From positions 62,001 through 126,000 of the forward strand of contig RBZT01000684.1 in NCBI GenBank assembly GCA_003693705.1: DNA of 64,000 bases, in the 5' to 3' direction. Source of the DNA: Polymyxa betae A26-41. Its lineage: Eukaryota > Protista > Endomyxa: Phytomyxea. The notes beneath the pieces were generated by a model. It was not told the DNA's origin. It searched no databases and was given only the letters and a program-made list of their open reading frames with translations. Below are positions 28,265 through 40,003 of the stretch, in pieces. The position numbers were made by a program, and so were the translations under genes. Every line of letters starts with the position of its first letter. Positions within the stretch are counted from its first letter, which is position 1.

Positions 28265-28632
28265 ATGTCGTCACTGTGGAGCTCCTGTCGTCGTCTGTGC
28301 TCTCTTCGATCCCGTCGCCCTATTGGACGTCGTAATATGGGCAGCAATGTTTGGGACAAGCCCGACCATGAGCCGTCGACTGCCCGACCCTTCAATCGCC
28401 AAGTGATTATCAAGCGGTAGCTATGTGGTATTTGTGCTGAAGCCGTATGCAGGCCGGTGAAAAGGTTCCTGAAGAGGGCTGGGAAAAGATCTACATTTGG
28501 GGAATGGGAATCTCATTCCTGACGGTTGCGATTGGGCTGTACAACAAGCCAGAAACGAGTCTTGCTGAATGGGCGCGTCAAGAGGTTCTGAAAGAGGACG
28601 GTGCCGAAAAATACAGTCTCGATCGTGTCTGA
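28265..28632 (+). CDS. NDUFB11: Complex I subunit NDUFB11 (ESSS)
   Basis: Arg/Ser-rich presequence, then EGWEKIYIWG, a transmembrane helix and KPETSLAEWARQE. Confidence 0.8.
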
Positions 28633-28666
28633 ACAAATCGGTTGCAATAATGTACTATCGATTTTA

Positions 28667-28960
28667 TTATCGAATGATTCCGTCATTTCGATCATTGCCT
28701 GGATCTGGCCTGCTTTTTCTTTCAGTTTGATCAACTTGTTTTGGGGTTACGGAGTTGAGGAAAATGAAGAACAGGATGGCAATCATGATAATCATAAGAA
28801 TGCAATTTGTGTAAGAATCGCCGGACACTTCTGCCTGGGTTGATGGCAAACGACGGCTAGACATAGGACCTTCAACGACATTATGTGATTCGACTTCCCT
28901 GAGAATCCGCTGCGTCAACTGCTGGAGCATGGAATCAATAGAGCAGCAGCAAAATCTCAT
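28667..28960 (-). CDS. Small single-pass membrane protein, SMIM14/DUF2615-like
   Basis: N-terminal CCCS, an amphipathic helix, one transmembrane segment and a Pro/Gly/Asp tail, the same architecture as SMIM14. Confidence 0.45.
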   Translation of the reverse strand: MRFCCCSIDSMLQQLTQRILREVESHNVVEGPMSSRRLPSTQAEVSGDSYTNCILMIIMIAILFFIFLNSVTPKQVDQTERKSRPDPGNDRNDGIIR

Positions 28961-29667
28961 AGTTATTCAGTATTATTCTGGTTTATGAATGTGCCAGTTG
29001 ATCGGTTTGACAGCCTGGTTTCCATATGATGTCCCCTGAGGATAATAACTTCCGAATCAATATGAGCCAGTAATTCCCAGCAGGCTGTGCAGAAGACTCA
29101 ACTTGTGGCTTGATGCTGAGGCACTCCAATTATTTGACGGCAGCGACTTCGGTTTTGTAAAACAACTGGGCTCTATACTGCATTTTATCTGCATGATTGA
29201 AATTTAGTACTTTATCTAGCAATTTCTGGATCTATTGCGGCCCTCTAGGTACTGCTTCAACCCTTGTTGTAGATGTGATGACTAAGTAGTTCTTGTAAGC
29301 TCTGGGAGAAAATTCTGTCTAAAAAAACCCTGGGTTTCTGCATCTGAAAAATCTAGACTCTTGAAGCACCTGAGAACTCTTGAACTAACCTACCAGAACA
29401 GACCCGGATTTTGCAGTACAGACATTGCCAATTTGTGATTGTCATTAGGCTCATTCGTGATCATTGGTTCGCTCTCATTTTGTAAAATCAGCCGATGCAG
29501 TTGGCGATTGCCCTGGAATGATCAGTCGATGCAACCAAGAGCGGCCTCTCGGTTTGAGATAGAGCTCACTGCGACTTAATTTTACGGATTACACACAAAA
29601 ACGAGTTCCTTATCACTATCCGATTCTGCAGGAAGGCTTTATCCAAAGCAATTCTATTCCCTTCATC

Positions 29668-30367
29668 ATGCTGACTATCATGCTTGGTCCTACTTGCAAC
29701 GAAGCGGCCCCGTTTTTCGGATTCATGGGCGTCGCTGCAGCTCTGGTGTTCTCAAGTAAGATACGTCTTGTTTAAAGCAAAAGCATTGCTCATTTCGTTT
29801 ACCTCAGACCTTGGATCGGCTTATGGAACTGCTAAGAGTGGCGTCGGTGTGTCGTCTATGGGTGTTATGAACCCTCAGATGGTCATCCGAAATATCATTC
29901 CAGTTGTTATGGCAGGAATTTTAGGTATCAATCAATATAAAATAAGTTTGCTTTTTCTCAGCTTTTCAATTAGGTATTTACGGCTTGATTGTCGGTGTGA
30001 TCTTAATTCAAAATGGTGAGGATTTTGGAAGTGTTTCTTCACGTCTCATTTTCGGTCTGCTTAGTCACAACTACTGGATACTCCTTATACACTGGATTCG
30101 CCCATCTTGCATCCGGATTATCCTGTGGTCTGTCATCACTTGCTGCTGGTCTCGCTATTGGTGTTGTTGGCGATGCTGGTGTTCGTGCTAATGGACAGGT
30201 TTGCTAGCATCGTTATTATTGCATACCATGGGCTCAGTTTCTTAAAGCAACCACGGCTCTACGTCTCCATGATTCTGATTCTCATTTTCGCTGAAGCTCT
30301 TGGTCTATATGGGCTGATTGTCGCCATTATTCTGTCGCAGAAAATGCAGACCTGTACCGATGCTTAG
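29668..30367 (+). CDS. ATP6V0C: V-type H+-ATPase 16 kDa proteolipid subunit c
   Basis: [39 protein letters not shown] and [11 protein letters not shown]. Four introns. Confidence 0.97.
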
Positions 30368-30420
30368 GCATCGAATATGTTCATTAAACAGCATGAATTC
30401 CACGCTTTAATAACTTTGAA

Positions 30421-30991
30421 TTACTTCATTGGAGGATGGTAGTTTGGATGGTTTCTTTCAAGCCAACGATCAGATTCAAATGGCCTCGACCCGGGGTTTT
30501 GCGAGCTCTCCGCTTTTACCCATATTTCTTCATGATAGATCTGGACGTTGTGTGTTCTTTGGCAAGGCCCCTTAGAAGCAATTGATCCATCTAGTTTTCT
30601 GTAGATTCCGTTTCCAGTAAAAATGTCGATCATGTAGCTGTGAATAGGGCATCGAATGCATGCTAAATCATCAGATAGATCCTAAATTGCTCAATGAGAA
30701 TCCCATTGGGTATTCGCACCATCTGACTTCAATATTGCAATCTTTTAGATGCCCCGATTGATCTATGGACAGTAATTCAGTTCTTGGATTTCTATTTAAC
30801 AACTGCGCATCCCTACGATAGCAATAGGCATCCAGAGCATAGGCTGTATTCGATTTATGACGAAAAATGACGATTTGTCGGTTGCTTACTGAAAACAATC
30901 TCCCTTTTCGCAAAGGAATATCATTTAAAGAGCATACATGAACATACCCTTTCAATTGCAATATTTCAGCGTTCTCTTGCTGGTTCGACAT
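30421..30991 (-). CDS. Soluble Rieske [2Fe-2S] domain protein (RFESD-like)
   Basis: Spliced YALDAYCY|HQSG (CxH) and CPIHSYMIDIFTG (CxxH), followed by QRTHNV. Confidence 0.85.
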
Positions 30992-31283
30992 TGTTCAGGA
31001 AACGCCTATATGACTCGATAGCTCCAGCCTAGTAAACGAGATCAAAAATTGGAGATTGTTTTGACCTCTGCACAGTTGCAGTAATACTGTGTTATGTGAT
31101 GGACAATATTGGCAGAACTTATAGCGCGGCCTTATCGCCTGTTGTTTATCTAACGCCTCCGTGCTTCGAGAGCAGATAGCGCTGCTACTCGTCTTGTCCC
31201 GGTTCCGCCATGGTTTCGTCAAATCACGATGTTGTACTGAACGAACTGATATCGCGGCTTAGGCTCAGTATGTAGCTGCACTG

Positions 31284-31737
31284 ATGAAAATATCTGAACA
31301 ACTGCCGGCGTTCCAGCGAGCAGCTGCTCGTATTAGATCTGGGGCGAAGCCAGTTGACCCAGCTGCTCTTAAAGAGGTTGTTATATCATAATTAGCAATA
31401 CTTTATCACTTCAACGTTATTGTTGTGCAGCAACTAGGCGCAATCAAAGATATGCAAGCCGAAGTCTTTCTTCGTCGATTTACTGGGTTTGGTGAATCGG
31501 TTAGAAATGTCCCCAAGGAATTTGAAGCTTTTAAGGCACAGATGATTAATTACAAAGAGCTCTCAGTTCGTCAGGTTTGGCAAACAGCCTTACAAGTTTG
31601 TTTTGGCTTAATTCTATTTTTGCTAGGTGTTGGAAGGCGCTGTCGTCGCTGCTCGTATATTTGGATTCTTCTGTGTTGGCGAAGTCATTGGGCGACGAAA
31701 CATAATCGGCTATGCGACACCGAATGCCGATCACTAA
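31284..31737 (+). CDS. ATP5MG: Mitochondrial ATP synthase subunit g
   Basis: C-terminal FGFFCVGEVIGRRNIIGY signature. Two introns. Confidence 0.85.
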
Positions 31738-32140
31738 CATAAATATTGTATTAAACGATCTCTCTCAAGCAATTCCAAGTTTTATATCAGCTCAGCTTGG
31801 GACATAAATGGTTTTGATTAAATTCCTCATATTGAGAATATCGATGATTCGTTGGAGTTTCAACAGGGTGCCATAATGGCCAAATAGAGTTGCATTGAAT
31901 GCTCTTGGGTTCTAGCTTTTTGAAGTTGCCTGCATGGAGGTAAAGGACTTTGCCTCTATGGCGCTGAATGGCACAATGATCGGGCTGCGCCGTCTTTTTG
32001 ACTTGTTCTTCTCTGACTTGCATCAAGTGAATGAAATCTGATTTTGATCTTAACAATCACGTGCCTTTTTTATTGGATCGGCCGATATAGACAATAGTCC
32101 TGTATGCTCGCTGGTTAAAGAATCATTCAATTAGGATATC

Positions 32141-33456
32141 ATGCTCGACGGTGAGGCCATCGCTGGAGTCTCGCTTTGCATCGTTGTATGTTTAGTTCAA
32201 AAATGCCATCGATCTGTTCATTGAGTACGCTACAGGGCGGTATTGTTGACAATATTGGGGTGACTATTCAGAAACTGTCGCATCGGCATGCTCCTGGTGT
32301 TAAATACTTTATGAGGCCTTTTTGGATAATTGGAGTCTCTCTGTACCTTCTTGGAAATATTTGCAACGCTGTAAGAGCAGCGTTTTTCGTATCGTCTTTC
32401 ATTAAGACCGCTAGGTCGGTCTCTCATTGGCTCCGCAATCAGACGTTGCAGCTGTCGGGTCGCTGACGCTGGTCTGGAATGCAATGTAACAAACGTAGCA
32501 TATTGGTTTGAAAATATCTTATACTTTGCGTTTAGCAACGCTTACTGCATTTTGGGCGAAGAGCTTAATCGATACATTATTGTCGGTGTGCTTATCGTTA
32601 TATTTGGCTCTCTTACTGCAGTTGCTTTCGGGACGCCAGCTCCAACGGCAACATTGGAGACAATATCGCACATCGACCTTTTCGCTATCGTTTATCTCTC
32701 GTTCATTGCTGGGTTTTTATGCTGTTGTGCATTGGTTATTAAGTCTGTACAACACCAACAGGTTTCTGTCATAAGTGCGGCTTTACAGCGTTTGATATTC
32801 TTCCAGGAGTGCGAAAGGAAACGAAGCGTACAGCAGCATTCGTATATAGATCCGCTACTCGTCGATAGAAATTTATACCCGCATTCGATACAAGAAAATT
32901 TGATCATCATTCCACCTAATTCACAACGCAAGGGATCTCTATTTGCATTCTTCAATCGTGAACTGTTCCTTTCAATTGCTCTTCCTACATGCACCGGGAT
33001 TCTGGGGTCTTTTACTGTGCTTTGCGCAAGTATGTGGTTTTATTGGAATTTGGAGTACTTACGTGAATTGCAGAGGCATTTACTGTGCTTGTCAGGGCAA
33101 GCTTTGCTGATAATGCTTTCAATCATTTCAAATCGTGGCCCTTATATTTCGCTCTGTTCTTAACCCTGGCAATTGGCTTCACCCAGATACATTTTTTGAA
33201 TCTTGCTTTGAAGTCCTATGATCAGCTAATCGTTGTCCCAGCTTTCGCTGTTTCCTTGGAAGCATTCAATATCTTGGGTGGCATGATTGTGTACAAAGAC
33301 GGTGCGAATTTGTCAAAACTGCAAATGTTCCTTTTTGTACTATGTGTGCTGATATCTTTTTTTGGTGTCGCAGTAATCATCTTTGGTTTAAGGTTTAGAA
33401 GAGCAGTGTTGACTTCAGAATCCGAGGAAACGCCACGAGCATCGATAATAAAGTAA
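32141..33456 (+). CDS. NIPA/DUF803 family Mg2+ transporter-like membrane protein
   Basis: GVTIQKLSH, FWIIGVSLYLLGNICN, LAPQSDVAAVGSLTLVWN and QIHFLNLALKSYDQLIVVP. Multiple transmembrane segments. Confidence 0.85.
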
Positions 33457-33749
33457 TATATGATGGTAAAAAACGAATCCGCATATTGCTGATCATGCTG
33501 AGCTTAGAAATTGGAATGACAGCTATCAGCTATGCTTCTTTTACCTTAAAATCTTTTTACTCAAAAAAGTTTTTTGAATCAGGTTTCCTGTATTAAATTC
33601 ATCAATAATACAGTTGCCTGCAAAAATATGATAGATCTTCTAGGTAATCGATAGATTTAAAGAGCAGTACATTACATGGACATTCAAAGGAATAAGGCAG
33701 GTTCCAAACGTAATACTAGTATATATTACGATTAATTAAATCATTTGAA

Positions 33750-34769
33750 TTAGTTCAAATGATAGTTCGCCAGAAACAGACATGAACAAATTATGAAGTG
33801 TTTCAAGAACGAGCGCACAATTGGAATATTCCAATCGCTGTAGCTTGATAACTGAAAGTCTTCGAACTCTGACTTGGAAGCAGCATCGTTAATCAAACGT
33901 TCAAACTGAGAAGGCTCGAGGTCATCAGTGCGCTGCATAACGCTTGCGATTTCAGCCAGGGTCAATCCAGCAGCAACGGCCCGTTGCACAAAGAACGAAC
34001 AAAGAACATAGGTCATTGCACTGTCATGACTGACGCCAATGCAAAGCAAGTTTGAGACGTCGTGCAGTGGGTTTAGATTGTTGATATAACTCTTGGTCTC
34101 CTCCGAAAAAGGAACGCTTGCCTGCCTCCAGGAACTCCAGCAGAAGTACAGGTCGCTGAGGTTTCGCCAGCTCGGTAAGCAGTAGCCGTGGTCGATAGGA
34201 ACAGCACGAACTTGCTCTCTATCGCGAACAACTAAGATATTGCCTTCATGTCGGTCGCAATTGCCAATTCGTAGATCAAACAACCCGATTCGATGGATGT
34301 TATCAGCATCGAATAAGGACGATCCATACTCTTCGCAGGATCCATCATGCTCAATAAATCGCTGCAGGCTGCCGAAATCCACCAACTGCGATTTTGCCAA
34401 CTGTACATTGGCAAACGTAGCCTTCGTTTCAGGAACTCCCGCAAAACCTTCATGATCGAGCAAAAACGCGGCGACCTCGTTGATACAAGAAGAGCCACGA
34501 CTAATGCCGCTTTTTAACGCTTCGCCACTATTTTCAGCTTCTTGACTTCGCGGCTTGAACACCCATTCCGGCTTGTCTTTCGAACCGGGAATCGAACTCG
34601 TTAGTAAGTAAGCACCATTCAAACCCTTGCTATTGGCTGCCACAGGACGTCCAAAAAACGCTGGGGGCCCTCTGACAAGGACCCCCGCGTCTTGAGCTTC
34701 CCAGAACCGAACCGTGATTGAAACACAGCCCTTGCTGAAACCTGGCATGACCACAAGGGCGACATTCAT
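33750..34769 (-). CDS. Type II phosphatidylinositol 4-kinase (gamma-like), single exon
   Basis: GAYL, VFKP..QE, EVAAFLLDH..FAGVPET, GSLQRF, DLRIGNCDRHEGNILV and PIDHGYCLP. The ATG at 34769 lies in a GCCACCATG context. Confidence 0.9.
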   Translation of the reverse strand: MNVALVVMPGFSKGCVSITVRFWEAQDAGVLVRGPPAFFGRPVAANSKGLNGAYLLTSSIPGSKDKPEWVFKPRSQEAENSGEALKSGISRGSSCINEVAAFLLDHEGFAGVPETKATFANVQLAKSQLVDFGSLQRFIEHDGSCEEYGSSLFDADNIHRIGLFDLRIGNCDRHEGNILVVRDREQVRAVPIDHGYCLPSWRNLSDLYFCWSSWRQASVPFSEETKSYINNLNPLHDVSNLLCIGVSHDSAMTYVLCSFFVQRAVAAGLTLAEIASVMQRTDDLEPSQFERLINDAASKSEFEDFQLSSYSDWNIPIVRSFLKHFIICSCLFLANYHLN

Positions 34770-36321
34770 GGTGGCGGGAGGGTACTGGTTACATCTCCAT
34801 CGTGCTGGTTGGGCAACTAAACCAGATTCGTTTGGGGAATGATCTTGCGGATGTTCTAGAACACGAGCCGACGGCGGCGTGGGCGCGATCGGCGGCGGCG
34901 GCGACAACCTTTCAATAGATAGGAGGACGTCAGTTTTCTATGAATTTAAGGCGACTGAGGGGCAACCCTGCCAAACGTCACAGTACACGGTACACTTGGA
35001 TCACGGGTTGCGTGATGGAATATTCCGTGGGTACGTCATTCACTTGAAAAAAGTGACTCACGCCTTTGCCGACTGGAGATTTCTGGTCGCGTCGTAGCCG
35101 TCGCTGGTCTCTTCCGTCACGCAGTTTTGCAAATATCCCTCGGAACCTTCGGAACCATGAGATTGCGGCCTTCCAAATTTGGCAAGTGTTATGGGCGGAG
35201 AAGTGTTATTGGTGGATATAGCCCATTTTAAGTGCGGATTTGTGAGGCTGGAAATTTCTTGCTGTAATATTGTTCTGGAAATCGTTATATGGTTATCTGG
35301 AAACTTTTTGGTGTTGTCGCGATCACGAATGTCTTCTGCAGGGCTTGCTAAACTCAGGGAAGCATGGCGTTCTTCATAATAGGCGGTTTATTCTGCTAAT
35401 CTCGAAATCGGCATGTTATGTCGTTGCGCTTTATGCGAATTAGATGGTGGGTGGAGATGAATGACTAGGTAGGATATCTCGATGTTATCCCCTGACATAG
35501 CTTTCGAAACAAAAGGGACTTCTTCAAAGCGATTGCAAACGCTGAGATCCACATAGAAGCAATTTGCAGAACTGACGTATCGCCTGGCAAATAGATGTCG
35601 CCCGGCAGGAGCTTCGTAGGGGGAAATCACAAAACATCCTTTTGCTTGGAAAAACGGAACATCGCATAAGTTAAAGGCTGGTTAACGATTGATCTGCGAC
35701 CCGTAATTTTCCACCTGAATCATCTGAACATTTTCCAAATGATCACGCCGCCCTAAGGTTTATAAGTACTTCAGATTATTATTGTTAGCATCAATGGAGG
35801 TCCTTCAGTAATGGGTAAAGGCCAAAGGCGATAATGCTGTCAACCTATGTCAGTTTCAATGAGAATTAGCATAAGTTGGCACTCTTATTTCCTGCAGGCA
35901 GAAACGGAAACGGTTTCAAAACAATCGAAAGCAAATTTGCTCCGAGCTCAATTTCGAATATGAATTTGACTGAAAATGAAACTTAGATTTTATTCCAATG
36001 AGAACTTTCCTTTCCCATAGCCAGTAAGCATCGGGTAGTTAATAACAATGGATCTGTGAGATCTAGCGAAAGATGTGTTCCAAAAAAACATTTTTGAATA
36101 TTATGAAACATTCAGCAATACAACATGTTTTATAACTTAGTCGAAGATACTAGAAATCTGGAATCGCTTGGCTATACAGTTATCTAAAGTGAACGGCTGT
36201 GTATGAGGCGGTCTCACTATCGGATTTCTAACAGTTAAGAAGTTTACTTGAGTGGGGTGAGCTGTGCTACACCCCATCACCTCATCACCCTGTTAGACCA
36301 TTATCTTTCTATCTTATTCAG

Positions 36322-37239
36322 ATGCATATCAAGGGACGTGTATTCGTCGTGACAGGGGCTTCGTCGGGACTGGGCCATGCTGCCTGCCAGGCCGTCATCC
36401 AGGCTGGCGGTCGTATCATTGTAAATCTGTGTTTGATTTTTGGGCAAAGCTCACTCGATTGAAGGCCATTGATCTTAACCAAGATGTTGGGAATCGCCTG
36501 GAGTCAGAATTGGGTCCAGATTCTGTCATATTCATAGAAGCCAATATTCTGAATTCTGGTATTGATCGTCAAGATAGCTTACATTGTTTCGTTTATCTTC
36601 GGTTAGGTTCAATTGAAAATGCATTGGATAAAGGGATCGGCAAATTCGGGTGCGTCCATGGTTTGATTAACTGTGCTGGAATTGGGGCACCAAAAAAGGT
36701 ACGCTAATTGCAAATTCTGGAAAACGTCTTATATAACTTCATTGTGGAAGGTTCTATCTTCTCGTGGTGTCATGGCATTGGAGGATTTTCAGAAAGTGAT
36801 CAATGTGAATCTGATTGGCAGTTTCAACGTACTTCGCCTCGTTTGTGCCCGAATCGCTAAACAAGACCCAGTGACCAAGAGTGGCGAACGCGGCGTCATT
36901 ATCAATGTAGCTTCAGTGGCGGCTTTCGACGGTCAGATCGGCCAAGCTAGTTATTCAGCTTCGAAAGCTGGTATTGTCGGGATGACGCTGCCATTAGCTC
37001 GCGAATTGGCTGCCCATGGCATTCGAGTGATGACAATAGCGCCAGGGATCTTCCAAACCCCGATGATGAGCGAATTATCGGAATCCGTGCAAAAATCATT
37101 GGCTGCTCAGGTACCGTTTCCAAAGAGACTCGGTAAACCTCAAGAATTTGGACAATTCTGCCTTACAATCATCGAGAACGAATATCTGAACGGAGAGACA
37201 GTCCGTCTTGATGGTTCAATTCGCATGGCAGCTTTATAA
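36322..37239 (+). CDS. HSD17B10: 3-hydroxyacyl-CoA dehydrogenase type 2 (SDR)
   Basis: [50 protein letters not shown] and [10 protein letters not shown]. Confidence 0.95.
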
Positions 37240-37286
37240 AATTGCTGCTCATAATTTTGCCACACTGTATTTACGTTGGTTTGAAA

Positions 37287-38323
37287 TCAGCCTGATATTC
37301 GCTTCGAGACTCGCCTCTTGCCAAATTGACTACCAAAGTGTCAGAGAACTGCAATTACCAAACGGTAACAATCTGTCATACTTGTGGAACCAGTATTCTC
37401 TCTGATAAGGAGTGGTGATCGCCGAGTTTCGACATTGCTGTCCTGGTCGTACGATAGAATCTGATGACGTCGTGCTAGTGCGGAACGATGATTTTCGACT
37501 GTTGCTCATCTCAGCATCCTGCCAGCAAAGTTTAACAGAACGGTCAACATATCGTGACATTCTACTTCGTTCTGCAATGCCACGTCTGTGCCATTGTTAC
37601 TAAATCGAAACGAATCGTTATATTCAGTTTGGGGATCCCAGCTTAGGCCGAGGTCTTTCAGCCATGCTGGCGCGACAGATTTCGTTTTCTGTTCTGGGCC
37701 AAGATGAATTGCCGGACGAGAATCGTACAGAACCGCACCTGTTTTGGCAGGCTTTTTCAACTTGATTGGCTTTGGTTGATGTAGCGGCTGTCTAGGGTAA
37801 GGGATCCGTACAGCTGTAAAGCTGATTGGAAATCAGTTGAATGAGGTTTGGACAATAACCGTCGAACATATATGGCTGGTTGTATGTCTTTGATGGGGGT
37901 AGGTTCACGAGAGACGTTCGTTCACAGAATTGAACATCTCCAGAAGGATGAACTTGGTGATACAGCGATACGGTCATGAGATTCTCATTATTCACTTCGC
38001 CATAGTCATCATCGCCTTTCGACTCTAACTTATGTTCAGCTTTGTTGGTAATGATCGCAATATGACCAATTTCTGTTCACCTTTGCGATCTTTGGCAATT
38101 TTTTCTATATAGCGACATCGAGAATTTCGGGTGATAAAATCTGAATAAAGCGGCTTCAGTTTGGGGTGCAACTGTTGAAGCGACCTACCATGGACATAGA
38201 CGTCGTTTCGATTGGATGCTGCCAGAGCCTCGCTTACGATCGAATCGACGAACTGACTTTGAACAGGTTAGGATCATGCATCCGAAGATTCGTGTATCTT
38301 TACCTTGAAGATCTCAGCACCAT
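37287..38323 (-). CDS. Uncharacterised protein (possible axonemal protein)
   Basis: A continuous reading frame can be built across several GT-AG introns (MVLRSS|SQFVDSIVSEAL...). It contains TTPYQREY. Confidence 0.5.
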
Positions 38324-39838
38324 ATCGCTTTAAAATGAACATGTCAATGCAACACCACGTCACAGACAAGCTGCAGACAAAAACATAAAAATTAGGCATA
38401 GTTCTTCTCTGGTCTCTACAGATAGAAACACTGAGTTGTTATCGGCTTGTACAGCACAGACTATTGCCGATCACTTTGAACAATGAAAGAAACGCCTTTT
38501 AGGTCATTCCCTAGGAAAAGCTAAGGCATTGGTAAAATATCGATATTGTCCCTTTTCTGCTATCAATACCCGTTTGACACTCATGAACAAGTACAGTAAA
38601 TGATAATCAAGCGAAAAGAAAAATGGGCCGCGTCGATCCAGCAAGAAGATTTATACAATTGACACAGCGAAAAATTGATTCCTTTGTTTGCGGAATCGAG
38701 CATCGTATTATCACGTCGTGTATCTCAGTATCTGGCACTTGGTGTTTCGATCAATTCAAGTTTATTTAACGCTTAGGATAAATTATATGTTCAGACGAAA
38801 TCTGTCAAAAGGCCCAAATTCCAGAGAGGTCGCGCCGTCTTCGAGTCATGTCGTTATACTGTTACAGACGGACCGGAACACATTCATGCAATGTAATGTT
38901 ACCAGGCTTCTATGGGGAGCTTCGTGATAAAGACGATCCTATGAAATGATCGTCATTTCTGCAAATGACAACAGCAAACGAGTTCGAGGAGAACTGTTAG
39001 CCGAATTTGAAAGAAAGTGATTTTATACGACACCCTTATTTAACACCAAGGGGTTGATCCCGCTCAAACCTTCAATGTCGTTGTTGCGATTGAATAGTCT
39101 AAGTCACACTTTCATACCGCTAGCCCGCATGCTCTCGATGATGAAGCAATTTTTGAATACTGGCACTGCTCTGTCTTGCGTCGCTTCTGTCTATAGATTG
39201 ACCAGGCGTTAGTAGCCAGGGATTTTCCTCAACTGCTTCATTTCATACACGTTGGAAGTGAAACTGCAGGAACCTGGAAAATTTTTACATAGACCCAGTG
39301 GGCGGTCATCACAACTGCTGAAAACCCAATCAAGCAAGGATGATACTATTTCAATTGTGACACTTTGTATATATATAAATTATGATGTATAACCACACAA
39401 TTTTACAATTATTGTACATAACGCTTAGAAATTTAATCAGATATCGTTAAGAAGCCTATTGGCGGTTGGATATTCTTCATGAATCCCAGAGAAGAAGCGA
39501 GAGTAAAGAGTATCTTGGATTGGATCTGTTTGCTGATCTTGGTTAACAGGCGGCGCCGTCTCCATAACGCATGTTCGATAATATTCGTCACTGCTTCTAC
39601 CGGTACTTTCCAATTTTGAAGCGGTTCAATCTACTGAAAGAGTTCCTTCAAAACGGCACCTTGTATGGATGGCCGGCATTCTCGCCAAGTTCGACCAATG
39701 CCGCTTTGCTCTGAATGCCATAGTTTGAAAAAAGCTGGCAGAAATTGTTACTAATTCTTCAGAAGTCTGACTCAGGTAAGCCCCTATAAATGTTCTCACA
39801 GATCGTCTTATGTGCTATATCGATAAAAATCAGCAACT

Positions 39839-39912
39839 GCCCGTGTGTTCTAGTTGGTTCATGAAGCAGGACTTTGAATCCTGAAACCAGGGTTCGAATC
39901 CCTGCGTGGGCT
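39839..39912 (+). tRNA. tRNA-Gln(UUG), intronless
   Basis: Cloverleaf with GCCCGTG/CGTGGGC acceptor stem, CAGGA-CTTTGAA-TCCTG anticodon arm, CAGGG-TTCGAAT-CCCTG T arm and U73. Confidence 0.9.
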
Positions 39913-39915
39913 TCC

Positions 39916-39923
39916 TTTTTTTT
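39916..39923 (+). terminator. RNA polymerase III oligo-T terminator
   Basis: A run of eight T starts 3 nt after the tRNA 3' end. Confidence 0.75.
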
Positions 39924-40003
39924 ATCATGAAGTTGATGCGCTCTGAATGGCACGCGCAGGTGCATTGCTGGAATCTCAATGTACGTGCTGTGGTGTAATC
40001 GTG

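Noticed and set aside
34960-36300. Open frames upstream of the PI4K gene
   Set aside because: No convincing ATG-initiated gene model or motif. Treated as the divergent intergenic region.
39130-39330. C/D box snoRNA candidate (ATGATGA near 39138)
   Set aside because: There is no suitably spaced D box or terminal stem.
38623-39380. Possible small spliced gene and a TAG-interrupted frame (stops at 39095, 39194, 39290 and 39341)
   Set aside because: Stop density is close to chance, two of the introns would be unusually short, and no protein motif is recognisable.
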